Positions 11,947 through 25,088 of a stretch of 64,000 nt of DNA are shown one piece after another. This DNA comes from Lama glama (lineage: Eukaryota): contig CM052817.1 of the NCBI GenBank assembly GCA_028534125.1, positions 65,412,001 to 65,476,000 of the forward strand, in the 5' to 3' direction. Both the position numbers and the translations under genes were made by a program. Each line of letters begins with the position of its first letter. Position 1 is the stretch's first letter. The notes beneath the pieces are model-generated. The model did no database searches. It was given only the letters and a program-made list of their open reading frames with translations, and was not told the origin of the DNA.

Positions 11947-13445
11947 GGCATGATGTGACAACTGTGCTTGCTTTCTTTTTCTAACCCTCCCCTCTCCTAA
12001 TGTTTGCAGGTATTGCAGCTACCTTCTGCTTTGTAGGGAATTTGTCCTGGTCTGCTCTCACGTACCCCGAGCACAGTCTCATTTCTGTGAACATTAAGTC
12101 CTGGCAAATTTATGTGACGAACACCATATTCTCCTCTGCTAACCAAAAATAGGTTGTCATGGGGTTAACCAGTCATTTTGAAAAACATCTAGAGTACAAC
12201 ATTCTGTCTACTAAAAATCTGTTCTTCTAAAATAGTGCATAACCTTGCCTAGGACAGACTCTGAAAGCACTTTTCATTTACTATCATTTATTGTTCTATT
12301 TACTTGAATTTTCCCTCCAAGTTCTGCCTGTAACATTCCCCATCTCCTTTTTATAGGGACAGAATTGTAGTGTGCCCATCCAGATGGTGGGAGGGTGGTA
12401 GAAACAGACCCTAGAATGAACTCTTGACTCTTAAACCCACACTCAGTCTTCAAGGCCAAGGCGACTCAGAATAGCAAGCAGAAAGATGAAGCCAGGGTCC
12501 AGGATCAGGCCATGTGTCTTTTAAAACAACCAAACAAATAAATAAAAAGATAGAGATGGGAAATAGCTGGAGTGACTCAAAACCTACTCTCTGGAGCCCA
12601 AATCTCCTTGGGGTTCCATAGCTAAATTCCCACACTTGGTGTGTTGTTTTGAGCCAACTTCTAATCAGTTCCCTGCCTTACCATGGAAGCCTTTGCCCCA
12701 CAGCTGGGGCTCATTTGGTGGAAATTGTCATCTATAAATTGCTGTCAGCAAGGATCTTTAGGAGCTAATTGGTAAAAGTAACCTAAAAAGGGAACCCCAG
12801 AAGGGAACCAGAAAGACTCTGAATTTTCATCGTTTCTCTTCCCCTAAGAATTTGTGCTACCCTTTGCCAAGCTTTGAAGCTTGAGTAATCACTTTATTTA
12901 AAAGCTGAAAACCACCTTAGATGAAATGCCATCAAACTAAAGTTCTGTTTCTCAGTGTTGTAGTGGAGGAGCAGATAGTGTTCGTGATTCAAAGTCCCAC
13001 TTGGACACACTTCAAAGAGGGGCTCCAGGCAGAGCTGCTAAAACTCTGCCAGCATCAGGACATACAGATTTCCAGTCACTGGGGCCTGAGCTCAGTTCCT
13101 GCATCTGAGGGGGGTCATAATTGCTGTCCTTTTAATCTTCTTTGCAGCTTGTCAAATGGAGGCCACTTCACAGCAGGACACAGGTTCAAAATAATAAGAG
13201 CAAAATTTGTAGTGACTAGATTTTCCTTAAAAAAAGAAAAAAAAAACCTTTGCAGTGATACTGAGGCTTAACAAAAGTGCAGGAATTTAAATTGGAATAA
13301 AGGTGTCCAAGAACAACTCAGATGATGGAAAAGCAATTCTTGCCTCTAAGAATTGATGGTGAAACAGGTATAGTGGATATGAATGTCAGTTCACAAGCTA
13401 AGGTGTACAAAAGTATAACTTTCCATTTTTATATAGCAACTAATT

Positions 13446-13675
13446 ATTTTTTAAAATTTTTTGTTGAAGTGTAGTTGATTTACAATGCTGGTTTCAGGTT
13501 ACAGCAAAGTGATTCAGTTATATATATACATACATACATATTTTTTTCTTTTCAGATTCTTTTCCATGATATATTATTATAAGAAATTAAATACAGTTTC
13601 CTGTGCTATATAGTACTTGTTGTTTATCTATTATATACATAGTAATGTGTATCTGTTAATCCCAAATTCCTAATT
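13446..13675 (-). mobile_element. 5'-truncated L1 (cetartiodactyl-type 3' UTR) with 15-bp TSD
   Basis: Poly-T then ttgaagtgtagttgatttacaat; TSD atatagcaactaatt (13431-13445) / atattgcaactaatt (13676-13690). Confidence 0.88.
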
Positions 13676-14809
13676 ATATTGCAACTAATTTTTATCTCTA
13701 GATTCCACTCCATGAAGGTCGTGTAACTTGATCTCAGTTTATTCAAGGTCTTCAATGTCCTAATGGCTGCTCACAGTGACCTGTATACATGACTCAAATA
13801 GAAATTTTGAGGTATCCATTATCCTGTTGGGATGAGGTCATTTGCTCGTATGACTTGCTGTCTTAATGCCTTTGGTGCCAAAACCATTGGCTCCAGCAGT
13901 TCTGTTTACTCTTTCCACGTAGAGTCTGAAACACAAGAATCATCAGGTCACTTGATGTGACATACGAGGCCCTCCATGTGTCTAGATCAGCCATTCAGCC
14001 AGTATATCCTCAGGATCTTGCCACCTCCTTGGGGCTTTACAAGGAGAGTGTTGGTTCTTCTGCCTTTGAAGTTGCCATATTGTCCCTGGGTTTGGCCATC
14101 TTTCAGGGATGGAGCAGGTACTTCCTCTAGACTCACCAATGTTTGTTCCTTCATCATTTTGTCACCAACTCTCTTTCTCTTCCCCTGGCTGGCAGATATT
14201 TCCTACTTTTGAGGTATAGGCAGGTGAGGGCACTGTAAGAAACTCTGCCTTCCTCAACCCCATGCGTAGGGAAGCCCAACATTCCTCGTGTCTCTTGCTC
14301 TCAAACATTTGTCTATGTCAACTGTCCTCTCTGCACCTGAAAACTTTGTCTTCGGAAACAGTATCTAGGAAGATATTTCTTGTCCTTTGCTTGTTTTGTT
14401 ATGATATATCCTCCCTCTAAGGCAAGGAGTGCAGGCTTTGTGGAGATTGGGATGAGGGTCAGGGGGGTAAGAAGCAGAGGAGAAATAATGAGGACATTTT
14501 TAGGGGAAAATAGTATTAGTTGATATTTCAAAAACATGATTGTACCTTAGTAGCTTCCTGTTGTAATCTCAGAGTTAATAGGAGGCAGCCTTGGGATAAT
14601 TCCCTGCAGCTACATCTCTTCTTCTACTTGTAATTTGAGACTTTCCTTGTCTGTTCTCTGCCCCAGCCTCTGAACTTATCCACCCCATTGTTACATGCTA
14701 GTCATCTTAAACAGTTCTTTGGCTGGACAACTATTACCCAAAAGCCTCAGGCTCTAAGATTTCTTCTTCCCACACATGGGCATTCCCATTTCTGAAGTCC
14801 TTCCTAACC

Positions 14810-15038
14810 AGTCCCCAGAGGAGGAGGCTCTCCCTGATACTCGCTCTTTTGTGCCCTAGAGTTCTTCTTTCACAGCCATGTCACAACAGTGATTATTTAA
14901 TCGTTTTTTTATCCACTAAATATTGACCTTCCCCACTGTGAAGACAGGACCCATTTTTCTCTCATTCACTGCTGTGCCCATAGCACTTGGCGTATAGCAA
15001 GTATGTCATAAATATTTATTAGGTAATGAATTAATGAC
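14810..15038 (+). mobile_element. L2 3' fragment
   Basis: cattcactgctgtgcccatagcacttggcgtatagcaagtatgtcataaatatttatt. Confidence 0.65.
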
Positions 15039-16449
15039 TGATAAGCCAGCTAGACATTGAGGGGAAAGGAAAAGAAGCCCAAGCTGGAGCTCCTGCTACT
15101 CCAGGCACTTTCACCAAAACCTTATCCGTATCCTCACTTGAGTCCTTTGGAAGAAAGCTTCATTATCCCTGTTTTGTCATCAGGCTTCTGAGAGTCCAAC
15201 AGCTGAGTTGAGGGAGTTGAGGGAGATTGTTTCCAAGGTTATTCAGTTAATAAAAGGCAAATGTTTCTCAATTCCCTACTTAACGTGTGTTCTCCTTAGC
15301 ATTTGGCTTGTCTTTGAAAATAACTTCATAACTTTTATGATTAATTGATATCTTATCAAGTAATATTTTCTTTTCTGAATACAATGAATCTCTAGTCAGG
15401 TGAATACTTGCTAAAAAGAACTTTTGGCAAATTATGGTGCCAGAGTCAACTGGAAATCCTTCCCTAGGTAGTTAATCGTACTCTAGAGATGTACCTGTGT
15501 TCTGCCCACTTTCTTCCTTTCTCCTGTTCCATTTAAAATACTGTATTCATTCCATTTTTGGGGTCTTGTTATCAAAACGTGAGTGTGGGATGAGTATGAA
15601 CAGAACATATACTCTATGCAAAACAAAAACAAAGCAGAATAAAAACTTTAAAAAGAACGTATTTCTAGTATAGTGGCTTATATAGTCAAATGTAAGAAAC
15701 ATGTAAGTCAAATGTAAGTAATTACTGTAAGAGAAATGTGATGGATTTTGTGACAAAAAAATGCATTGGGGGCAGGATGTGATTGGCTAAGGGGACTGGA
15801 AGTATTCTTGGGGGAGAGAGGAGATTTGGACAGGGCCTTGAATGAAGTATAACATTTCTGCAGGCAGATAAAAGGTGATCGCGGGGATAATGGGCATTCC
15901 AAGAAAACCTAGTGGTTTATTCTGGCTCCAGATCTCCAATTTAGATGACTTCTGAGAAGCACGGGCAGACTTAGGGTCAACTTACAAGTTGGAATATAAC
16001 GCATGGGGTTTGAGTTACTTTGAGGTTTGAGTGTGTCAAGGCCAGCTTAGGTATACCTCAAACAGAGCCAGAACTCTAGATTAGTTTCAGAGCTCTCCTG
16101 ATCTCCTGGAAGTGCTCCTGACCACAAGACTAGTCTCTGGGTCAGAGAAGATGAGGAGATCAGGGAGCCCTCCCCAACAAACCTCCCACCCACTCCAGAT
16201 GGAGGTAATAATTGCCCCCATCCCAGCAACCTCTGCAACTCTTGCTTGCCTCCCTCCTTGGACTCATCACTTTGCTCACTTTGTTTACAGGGTCGTATTT
16301 CCTCGATGCTCTGGCTTCCTTGAAAGCAAGGCTCTGTTTTATTCTCAGTTACCCACTGGTGTCTTCAGCATCTCGTATTTTCCTAGAACCTAGGCTAGGA
16401 GGGACTCAATTAATTGAGTGGAAATGAAGAGATACCACTGCCAACCCAA

Positions 16450-17096
16450 CTCCCTCCTGATCTGTTTTTATAGCAGTTGTTAGCTTGTTCTCTGTATCTG
16501 TGAGTCTGCTTCTTTTATGTTATATTCTCCAGTTTATTGTATTTTTTAGATCCCACATATAAGTGGTATCATACAGTATTTATCTTTCTCTGTCTGACTT
16601 ATTTCACTTAGCATAATGCCCTCCAAGTCCATCATGTTGCTGCAAATGGCAACATTTTATTCATTTTTATGGCTGAGTAATATTTCATTGTGTGTGTTTG
16701 TGTGTGTGTGTGTGTGTGTTTGTATCTCACATCTTCTTTATCCAGTCATCAGTTGATGGACACTTAGGTTGTTTCCATACGTTGGCAATTGTAAATAATG
16801 CTGCTATGAACATTGGGGTGCATGTATCTTTTTGAATTAGTGTTCTTGTTATTTTGAAATACATACCCATGAGTGGAATTGCTGGGGCATATGGTGGGTC
16901 TATTTTTAGTTTTTGGAGAAACCTCCATAGTTTTTTCCACAGTGGCTGAACCAAATTACATTCCTACCAATAGTGTACAAGAGTTTCATTTTCTCCACAT
17001 CCATGCCAACATTTCTTATTTGTAGACTTTTTGATGATAGCAATTCTGACAGGTGTGAGGTGATATCTCATTGTGGTTTTGATTTGTATTTCTCTA
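16450..17096 (-). mobile_element. L1 fragment with ORF2 C-terminus and part of the 3' UTR
   Basis: ORF 16727-16954 gives VQPLWK..WRFL.KLKI..PY.PAIPL.G.Y...TCTPMFIAALFTIA..WKQPKCPS.DDWIKKM, the L1 ORF2p C-terminus; internal (TG)n ~16689-16722. Confidence 0.95.
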
Positions 17097-17485
17097 AGTT
17101 AGATTTTCTTATATTACTATTAGACATATGAAAGAAAGTGATTAACTGATCAAGACTGCAGAGTTAATAAGTACATATTTCTGAACTTTGTATTCCATTT
17201 TTTTGTTTTGGAGCAAATATTATGCTCTGCCTTGTAGAGTTAGTTTCACACCTATGCTTAGAAGGAGGATCTGAAGTTCTGAAGAAGACTTTGATGGTAC
17301 CCACAAAATTCCCAAATTACATTTATCTCACCCACCACTTGCCATGAATTCAGAAATGTCCTTCTTTAAAATTTTGTTGTTTGTTAAGACACAATTTTCA
17401 GAAGATTACTTTTAAATTTCATGTTTTCTGACAGTGATTACTTGATAATAGAGCTTACATGATGTTGGTCAGTTATTTTTTGAGC

Positions 17486-17692
17486 AATAATAATAATAAT
17501 AATAATAAACACTTGATTAGTGCTTTATAAGTGCTTTATCTATTTTATTTTAAGTGATCCTCACAACAACCTAATGAGACAGATACTTTTGTACTCATTT
17601 TATAGATGAGGAAACTGAGGCAGCTGCAGATTAAGTAACTTTATAAAAATGACAAGAGTTAGTAACTGGCAGAGCCAGTATCCCAATCCAGT
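17486..17692 (-). mobile_element. MIR SINE with (AAT)7 tail-derived microsatellite
   Basis: cattttatagatgaggaaactgaggc core; atcctcacaacaacc; (aat)n at 17486-17508. Confidence 0.88.
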
Positions 17693-17704
17693 AGCCACCC
17701 AAAG

Positions 17705-18790
17705 TCATCAAACATTTATTAAGGGTCTGTGCCCTCTACTGCCATGTGCTGGGAGATACAGCAATGCATGAATCAGAAGAATCTCTGTCTTCACGGAGAT
17801 TTTATCCTAGAAGAGGATGGCAGGACATATACCAATAAATACGTATTATAAGTTGGACAATGAGAAAAGCAATAAAGCAAATAACTAGGGTAATGTAATG
17901 AAGTCTGACTAGGTCAAGGGAGGCGTGTGGCTACTTTAGATAATATAACAGGGAAGTCAGTGACAGTTGAAGTAAGACATATGAGAAGGCACTGCCCATC
18001 AAAAGTTCTATGGGGACTCCTGGAGACGACATGATGCTCTGTCCCCTTTCCCCATGCCTTGACCTATGAGTCTCTTCCATCTTGCTCTTCCTGAGTTAGA
18101 ACCTTTTATAACAAACTGGTAAGTTTAAAAAAAAAATATGGGCAGGGAATGGGGAAGAGCTTGTTCCTTGTGATTGGAGCTTGGGGAAGAGTTCAAAGGG
18201 AGAGAGAAGAAGCGAGGCCAAGCTTTATATGTGAGTGTTTGCATTTATTCTAAGTGCAGTGGGGAGAGTTTTCCATGGAGGAGTCAGGGAGTTATGTTTT
18301 ATAAACATCACTCTATTTTAATAAGGATGATCTGTAGTTGCTGTAGAAGTAGGGAGAACAGTCGGGAGGCCATAGGCAGAGCTGGCTCAGAGGTGGCGGT
18401 TGATGGAACTAAGATGGTGGCTGGGCATGTGGGTAGAAGGGAGTAGGGGGGGAAGAATTTTGGATGTTGAGCCTACAGCTCTTATTGGTGGCTTGGATGT
18501 GGAAAGTTGGAAAGAAAGGAAACCAGGGTGACTCCTGCATTTTTACTCAATATTTGAATGCTTGTGTCATTTTACTGAGATGGGGAAGGACTGGGGCAGG
18601 AACCAGTCTTGAGAAATGAGATGAAATTCAAGAAGTTTTGTTTAAACTGTGATTTTGAATTCCTTCTAAATATCCAGCTGGAGTCTTACGGAGGCAATTG
18701 TATTTGGAGTCAGGCGCTCGGGGTCGTCCATGTTAAACAGAAGTCTCTAGACCATGAGATTTGATAACATCACAATAGAACTTTTAGGGT
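17705..18790 (-). mobile_element. L2 3' portion, interrupted by an LTR fragment
   Basis: aaacatttattaagggtc tail; tttactgagatgggga; gaggcaattgtatttggagtcagg. Confidence 0.75.
18015..18125 (+). mobile_element. MER21-like LTR fragment inside L2
   Basis: cccctttccccatgccttgacctatgagtctcttccatcttgctcttcctgagtt...ttttataacaaactggtaa. Confidence 0.55.
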
Positions 18791-18889
18791 TTCAACATTT
18801 CTGCTCCAGAGGAGAATCCACTTCTTCAAAAATATCCCTTGACATTCAAAGTTTCTATTTTTATCAAAACGAATGGACCATAATTCCCA

Positions 18890-18995
18890 CCACCACCTCA
18901 GGGTGGCAGTCGTGTTAATCAGGAAGAAGACAGGAAGCAAGCTGTGCGCAGTTGGGAGTTAAAAATGTGCAGATGTTTGCGCATGCGCTATAGTC
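18890..18995. promoter_or_regulatory. CTCF-like, 2x ETS and NRF1 motif cluster
   Basis: CCTCAGGGTGGCAG 18896-18909; CAGGAAG at 18920 and 18931; TGCGCATGCGC 18978-18988. Confidence 0.4.
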
Positions 18996-21147
18996 AGACT
19001 TCTATCATTCCTGGGAAAAGGAGGCATCAGCGTTCTTGTATATTGGAAGCCAACAAAACCTCTTAACAATAAGAATACTTAAGGTATTATTTTTAAAATC
19101 TGAACTTTGAGCAAATGTAGCAACTATGTCTAGTAATATGGATACACAAATGCACCTCCTTCCATAGCAGAGTGGTGTAGGACAGGAACAGACGGCCTTG
19201 GTGGGAGCATTAACAGGATGTGACAATACAAGTGAGGACAAATTTAGAGCAAATTAGAACAGAAACCATTCTCTTTGCTATATCTAGCAAAGAATTTTCA
19301 CCAAATTGCGGTGAGGAGGAATTAGAAATTTATATTGGAACCCTACCCCCACCCCATTATAGCCTTTGTAATTTTTGAATGCATTTATGCCAAAGTTAAC
19401 TGCATAATAAAACATGCATCTAGTTCTGCTTCTGGTTCAATCTTTTTAGACTAAGCCATTTTGATTTTCTTACTCACTAGGTCCGAGATAAAGAAACTCT
19501 CCAGATTTTATTAGTGCCCTGCTGGCTATTATAGTTAAGATTCTGATGTCTCCAGGGTGGGCAGAACTAGTTGGTGGGACCTCTCATGTGATGCTGTCTT
19601 AGCCTAATTCCTTCCTGGATATGCTACAAGTTTTAATGAACACTTTAAAACATGAACTCAGATAAATTGGTTGTATTTCCGTGTTAGCAGAGAACAGTCC
19701 TAAGCACGTGGGACCTAACCTAGGCGGATTTTGCACTGGGAAGGGAGGATGTGCAAAGATACGGAGCAATCAGCACTTCTAAAGAAAAATGGGCTCACGT
19801 GGGCTGTCTCAGCTACTGGGAGAGGAGATTTGCACCTCTGCCTCTTGACTGGAATCCATCTATCCTTTGTAATCGGAGAACCCAACTATGCTCCCTTTAG
19901 ACCTTGCCCAAGTCACTAAAATGCTCAGGAAGTCAAGCAGAAATATTCATCCTTGTCAGTTAATGTTTACGGCTCACTCACTGTATGCTGGCCATTTTAC
20001 TGACGAGGCAACTTGCTATGAACCATGCTCCCAGGATGTTGAGGATTATTGGAGCAAAACAGAGGATTTGGCAAATTTGGCCCCCAGTGGCCTGGATATT
20101 CTTCTACATTTTCCAGGATGTGGAGAACTGCTGGGACCATAACTAAGCCAGAAGCTCATTTTCCATAGAGCTCTACTTGGTTTCTGTTACTTTATAGCAC
20201 AAATCATGCTCTGTAGTTACTGGCTTACTTATATGCCTATAAACAGTCATGAGAAAATGTATCATAAAGCTCATTCGACAAAGGAACAAAGCTGGAACCC
20301 ACGTCAGGCCTTATAAAATGCATTCATGAAAGCACGTGGAGATACATACATAGAGAGAGCATGTTTGAATGTTAACGAGAAATAGACTCAAATTATACAG
20401 ACAAAGAGATAGCAAGGATTAATAGCACATAAAAGCTAAAGGAACCTCACAGATGAGATAGTCAGATGTTTCTCAAATGGTTTTTAAACTGTAGGACATT
20501 TTCTTCAATGGCAAGTTTATGCAGAATATATAGATTATAGCTTTCCTGCCTAAGAGGGTGTGTGAGGGCTCTGCCTTCTTAACCTCCCCAGAGGCACTTC
20601 CGGGGAACTGGGGAGGCTCAGCAGGATCATTCTGCAAATCTAGCTGCCTGGCATTAGGTAACCATGGCCCAGAGGAGCCCCAGTGTGATTAGCCCAAGGT
20701 CACATTGGAAATACTGTAAGTAATGACAGCTAGAATTGGTTCTACTGACTCCAGCTCCATTGAATCACATACTAGGAATCAGGTTTTCCCCACTCAAAAA
20801 TTATGTGGAATCAGTGAAGAAAGGACCATATGCTTATTGCTATTACTTTTGTTTAGATCTTTCTCACTTTCCAAAAGGAATTGAATGGCTAGAAGGAAAC
20901 ACAGGCTTTTATAACTTGGCTTTTTCTACCTGGTAGTCGGGGAAAGTCCAGCTTATTTAGCTAAGAACTCGAGTTCTTCCAGTCTGTTCCTAGGTTGTGT
21001 CTTCAGCCCTATTAACACCCCCACAATCCGCCCACATGACGCGCCAGCTTGTCAGCGTCCTGTGCTGGCCTTTTCCCTCTCCCGGGACCCACGTCTTGGC
21101 TGGTGCTGACTTGTTTATTCCAGATGCCCTCCTCCTGTGTCTCTCTC

Positions 21148-21322
21148 TTTTTTTTAAGTAAAATTATTGTTTTTTCCCCTTAAATTGAAGTATAGTTGCT
21201 GTACAATACTATATTAAGTTGCAGGAGTACGAAATAGCAATTCACAATTATTAAAGGTTATACTCCATTTATAGTTATTATAAAATATTGACTGTATTCC
21301 CCATGTTGTACAATATATCCTT
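21148..21322 (-). mobile_element. L1 3' end (cetartiodactyl type)
   Basis: aattgaagtatagttgctgtacaata...aaaggttatactccatttatagttattataaaatattg. Confidence 0.85.
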
Positions 21323-22200
21323 AAGCTCCCATGTCCCTTCAGCTCTTCCCCAAAGCTTTTCAGATGCCTTTCTCAGCTCTCACATCCCTTTTGCTATTTC
21401 TCTAGACCAGCACTTATCAGAGATTGCCTCTTACTAGTGTTAGTTAGTGTGTGTCTGTCTCCTGCCTTCCCAGTTGTGAACTGCTAAGAGAGCCCTGGAA
21501 GCATGTCACAGCATCAGGCAAAATGCCTGCCTATATGAGAGGCCCCCAAACTTTTAGTCAGACAGAATTGCACAAAATATATAGAAAAGGTCTTATTGTC
21601 TTGTTTTGATTACAAGTGACACTGCAGTGACAAGATGCATGGTAGAGATAACCCCAATTATGGATGTATTACAAAAAATGAGGTTTTGGAATTTTATATT
21701 TACAAATAAATACAAGGATATTCAATACTGAGGGAACTGAACCTATAAAAAAAGGTTATCTGAAGCTTTGAGTATGTAGAACTTGAGTTGTTCAGCCTTC
21801 TTCTACGTTCCCTACTAAGTTTGTCCCAGTTTTCAAAATTCTTTTTGGAGGATTGCATCTCAGTCAATAGATAATTTCATGATTAGAAGAAAAAATTCTT
21901 TTTCATTTTAAAAGTTTTCACAAAGTGTACTGTTTTTCCTAGTTTTCCTAGAAATTATGAATGTATTGATAATTAATTTATTTTATGTATCTAAATATAT
22001 ACGTCATACACTCTATGTATCTATGTATCTATCTATCCATCATCTATATCTCCATCTCTCTAAGATAGCCAGGAGCAGGTTTAAAAAGCCATTGTTTTGG
22101 TTCTTTGCTTGATTATAGACTTTAGTGGAAGGATAGTCACCTACCTTGTTGGGCCTTCTGGAATAATCTTTCAAAACATTTTTATTTGTAACAAAAGACC

Positions 22201-22450
22201 ATATGATATTATAATTAAGAGCATGAACTTTGGAGTTAGGCTTCCTGGGTTTGAATCCTAGTTTTACTTCTCAACTGTGTGAACAAGGGCAAGTTATTTT
22301 AACTCTCTCTTTTTGTTTCCTTGATTGCAAAATGGAGATAATCATAGTACTAACCTCTTGGGGTGCTGTAAAGACCAAATGCGGTACCATTTTAAGTGCT
22401 TAGAACAGTACCTGGTACTAGTTGTATTACACAAGTGCTAGTTGTTATTT
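22201..22450 (+). mobile_element. MIR SINE, near full length
   Basis: taagagcatgaactttggag...ctgggtttgaatcc...gggcaagttatttt...aaaatggagataat...gtgcttagaacagtacctgg. Confidence 0.9.
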
Positions 22451-22799
22451 TTCTGGAACCCTCTTTTTTGTCCTCCCCCCACTCCCCTCCCGCTCCCACG
22501 CTCTTTGGTACGTTCTTGAGCATTAGTTTTATGGTTGAGATGAGCACAAGTAAATACAGGCATATACACCTCAAAGGACCCTGATATACACTTCTCTAGG
22601 GTAGGTGTTAATGCCGATGAGAAAGTTCTTGTATCAAGAGTTTTGTAAAATAGTTAATGGCCCTGCTCATAACTGGGAGTAAAATATATGGAGGAGTGAT
22701 TAGAAATGCAGTCAGCACATTAAAGAAATGTTCAGATAATATAGCTGGGCTTGACCATAGGCAACTGTAGTGTATTACTGATGTAGGAGCGGAGCTACA

Positions 22800-23030
22800 G
22801 ATCTCAAAAAGCCACTCAGACCGAGAGGTTTGCTGACGTTAAGGAATTGTAAATATATGCAATTAATGGGTGAACAATGGGGAGAAGTGTTTGCTGACTC
22901 AGCCCAATACTAAGTTGCATCTGCTTGATATTATTTACAGCTCTTTGGGAAACAACACGCCTCCTGCATACACTGAGATGGCACTAATGAGCCCACTGCT
23001 TGCCATCAGTCTGCATAAGACAACTCACCT
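22800..23030. promoter_or_regulatory. Candidate enhancer with MARE, SOX and POU/homeobox motifs
   Basis: TGCTGACTCAGC 22892-22903; TGCTGAC 22831-22837; AACAAT 22873-22878; ATGCAATTAAT 22857-22867; repeat-free context. Confidence 0.4.
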
Positions 23031-23964
23031 TCATGGGCATTTTTTCTGAGTTTTGAAACTCTGCAGGTTTTTATCCCTTACCCTTTTTACATTTCTGAAG
23101 TGTTATGTGTTTAGCAGAGAAAGGCTCCAAAATTGTGCTCACCATGCTTGATTGGACATGTAGTTTTTCCACTTTGGGTTTTAAATAGATTTGCAGATTT
23201 AGGAATCTACAGACATAAAGCTTCTCTTGGCCTTCCTGAATGGACTGTCTACCACCTCCTTTGACCAGATAATTCAGCACTCACCAAAACCTTCCAGTTA
23301 TGTTTTCCATGCTTATTCATAGATACAAATCCCAATCCCTGTGTTTACTTTTATTTTTAATATTCATACAGAAACAAAATTATGGGTCTTTTGTTCATAG
23401 GAACTGTCAAGACAAGAAAAGAGCAAGAGGAAATGGGATTTATATATATAATTTTTTTGAACCATAATATCATGGCATGACTAAGGAGCCTGGCAAGTAG
23501 TCATAAGAAAAAGTATAGGTTAATGCCAAATACTTATATAAAAACCAAAGACCTCACATAAATATTCAGACATCCTGTCTACATAATATCAGATAGCCAG
23601 ATGCATGAAAGTATCTGCATAATGGACTGAGGTTTCTAGACTTAACTGAAACGTGTGATGCCATTTAGAGGTAAACTTTAAATGATTACGTTCGTTCTCA
23701 GGAGTCTCTAGTGCTGTCTTCCATGTGTGAGAGCCATGAAGCTGTTGGAAGGTTAGTGGCTGGCCTAATAGCATCTTGCACTAGGTTGTCCCTACTTTCC
23801 TGCTTGTCTCGTCATGATACTACCTTGACGAATGGATCTTAGTGACCTACTCAGTTAATTCATCTCAAAAGATAAACAGTCGCTTCCAGAGAATAATTTG
23901 CTAAAAATGCCTCTGGAAATTATATAACAACATTTGGAGGAATCGGTTTTGTTTCTAGAGGAAA

Positions 23965-24175
23965 TCAAGAGAAATCTGTGTTGTGTTACCTGGAGTTACT
24001 ATTAAACGTGACCATGAATGTTTCTTAACCAATCTGAGCCTTGGCTACTTCCTAAGTAATGTGGGCATTGCTAGAGCAATTCTGGGGTTGTTATGAGACT
24101 AAGTAAGAAAATCTGTGCTAAAATGCCCAGTGCAGGACCTGACACCTGATAAGTGTGCAATAAGTGATAGTTGTG
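23965..24175 (+). mobile_element. MIR SINE (degraded)
   Basis: cttaaccaatctgagcctt...ggggttgttatgagactaagtaaga...cctgacacctgataagtgtgcaataag. Confidence 0.65.
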
Positions 24176-24904
24176 GGGTGGTATCACATATTTAGGCTAT
24201 CGACAAAGCTCTGGGATAGTGTTGTGTTACTGCACTCAATCACACGATAGCCGTGGCATGAGTGTTTGAGGCTTTCTCTTCCATTACTGAGTAAAGTTTT
24301 ATTTTTAATGACTGGGACTTGAGGATGCTCCATTCTGCAGAAGCTTCAGTTGAGAATGCTTGACTAAAGGGCTCTCTCCTTGAGGGAGCTCAAGTTAATA
24401 GTTGATAGCCCTTCTGTTAGTCTCCACTGCCCAGAGGAATTTCTCTCTCTGCTCCTAGAAAGGGTAAGAGAGGTGGACACAATGTTTTATCAGATTGGGA
24501 AATGATTATTGAAGGTAATGCTTACTACTGCATGATTTGATTTTCAACTTGACAAGGACTTTGAGAAATTTAAACTTCTAAGTAGTTTCCATGTATTAGT
24601 TTTTTTTCTACTTAAATTAATGATTGGGGGAGTAAATATCATATAATAGATAGATAGGTTGCTTGTGCCTATGTGTACTCCTGTGTTTTGGGGACTCTGA
24701 ATGTTCAGAGCATTGGTGGCTACATGGCTAGGAAACAGACATGAATGAAATGTATCAGGATGGTTTGAACTATGGACTTCTGCACTTTGATCCCGAGAAC
24801 TCCAAGATGAGGGTTAGAACTTGAATTCTAAGCAGTGCAGAAAAAGACATCTTCCTGTTGCTCTGGAAACAGACTCTCATCATTCCTTCAGCTTGAAGAA
24901 TAGG

Positions 24905-25053
24905 ATCTTGGCTAGGATCCAGTTTTGAGACAAAAACTACACTTCTTATTTTAACAGAGAAAATTTAATGTGAAGACTTGCTAATTTCATATTAATGAAC
25001 TAAAAATGGCCCAAATGAACATTTACAGAGGTAGTCCCTGTCCATAGGGTTGG

Positions 25054-25088
<35 letters not shown>

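Noticed and set aside
16727..16954. ORF with clear protein similarity
   Set aside because: It is the L1 ORF2p C-terminus in a truncated copy, so it is annotated as a mobile element rather than a CDS
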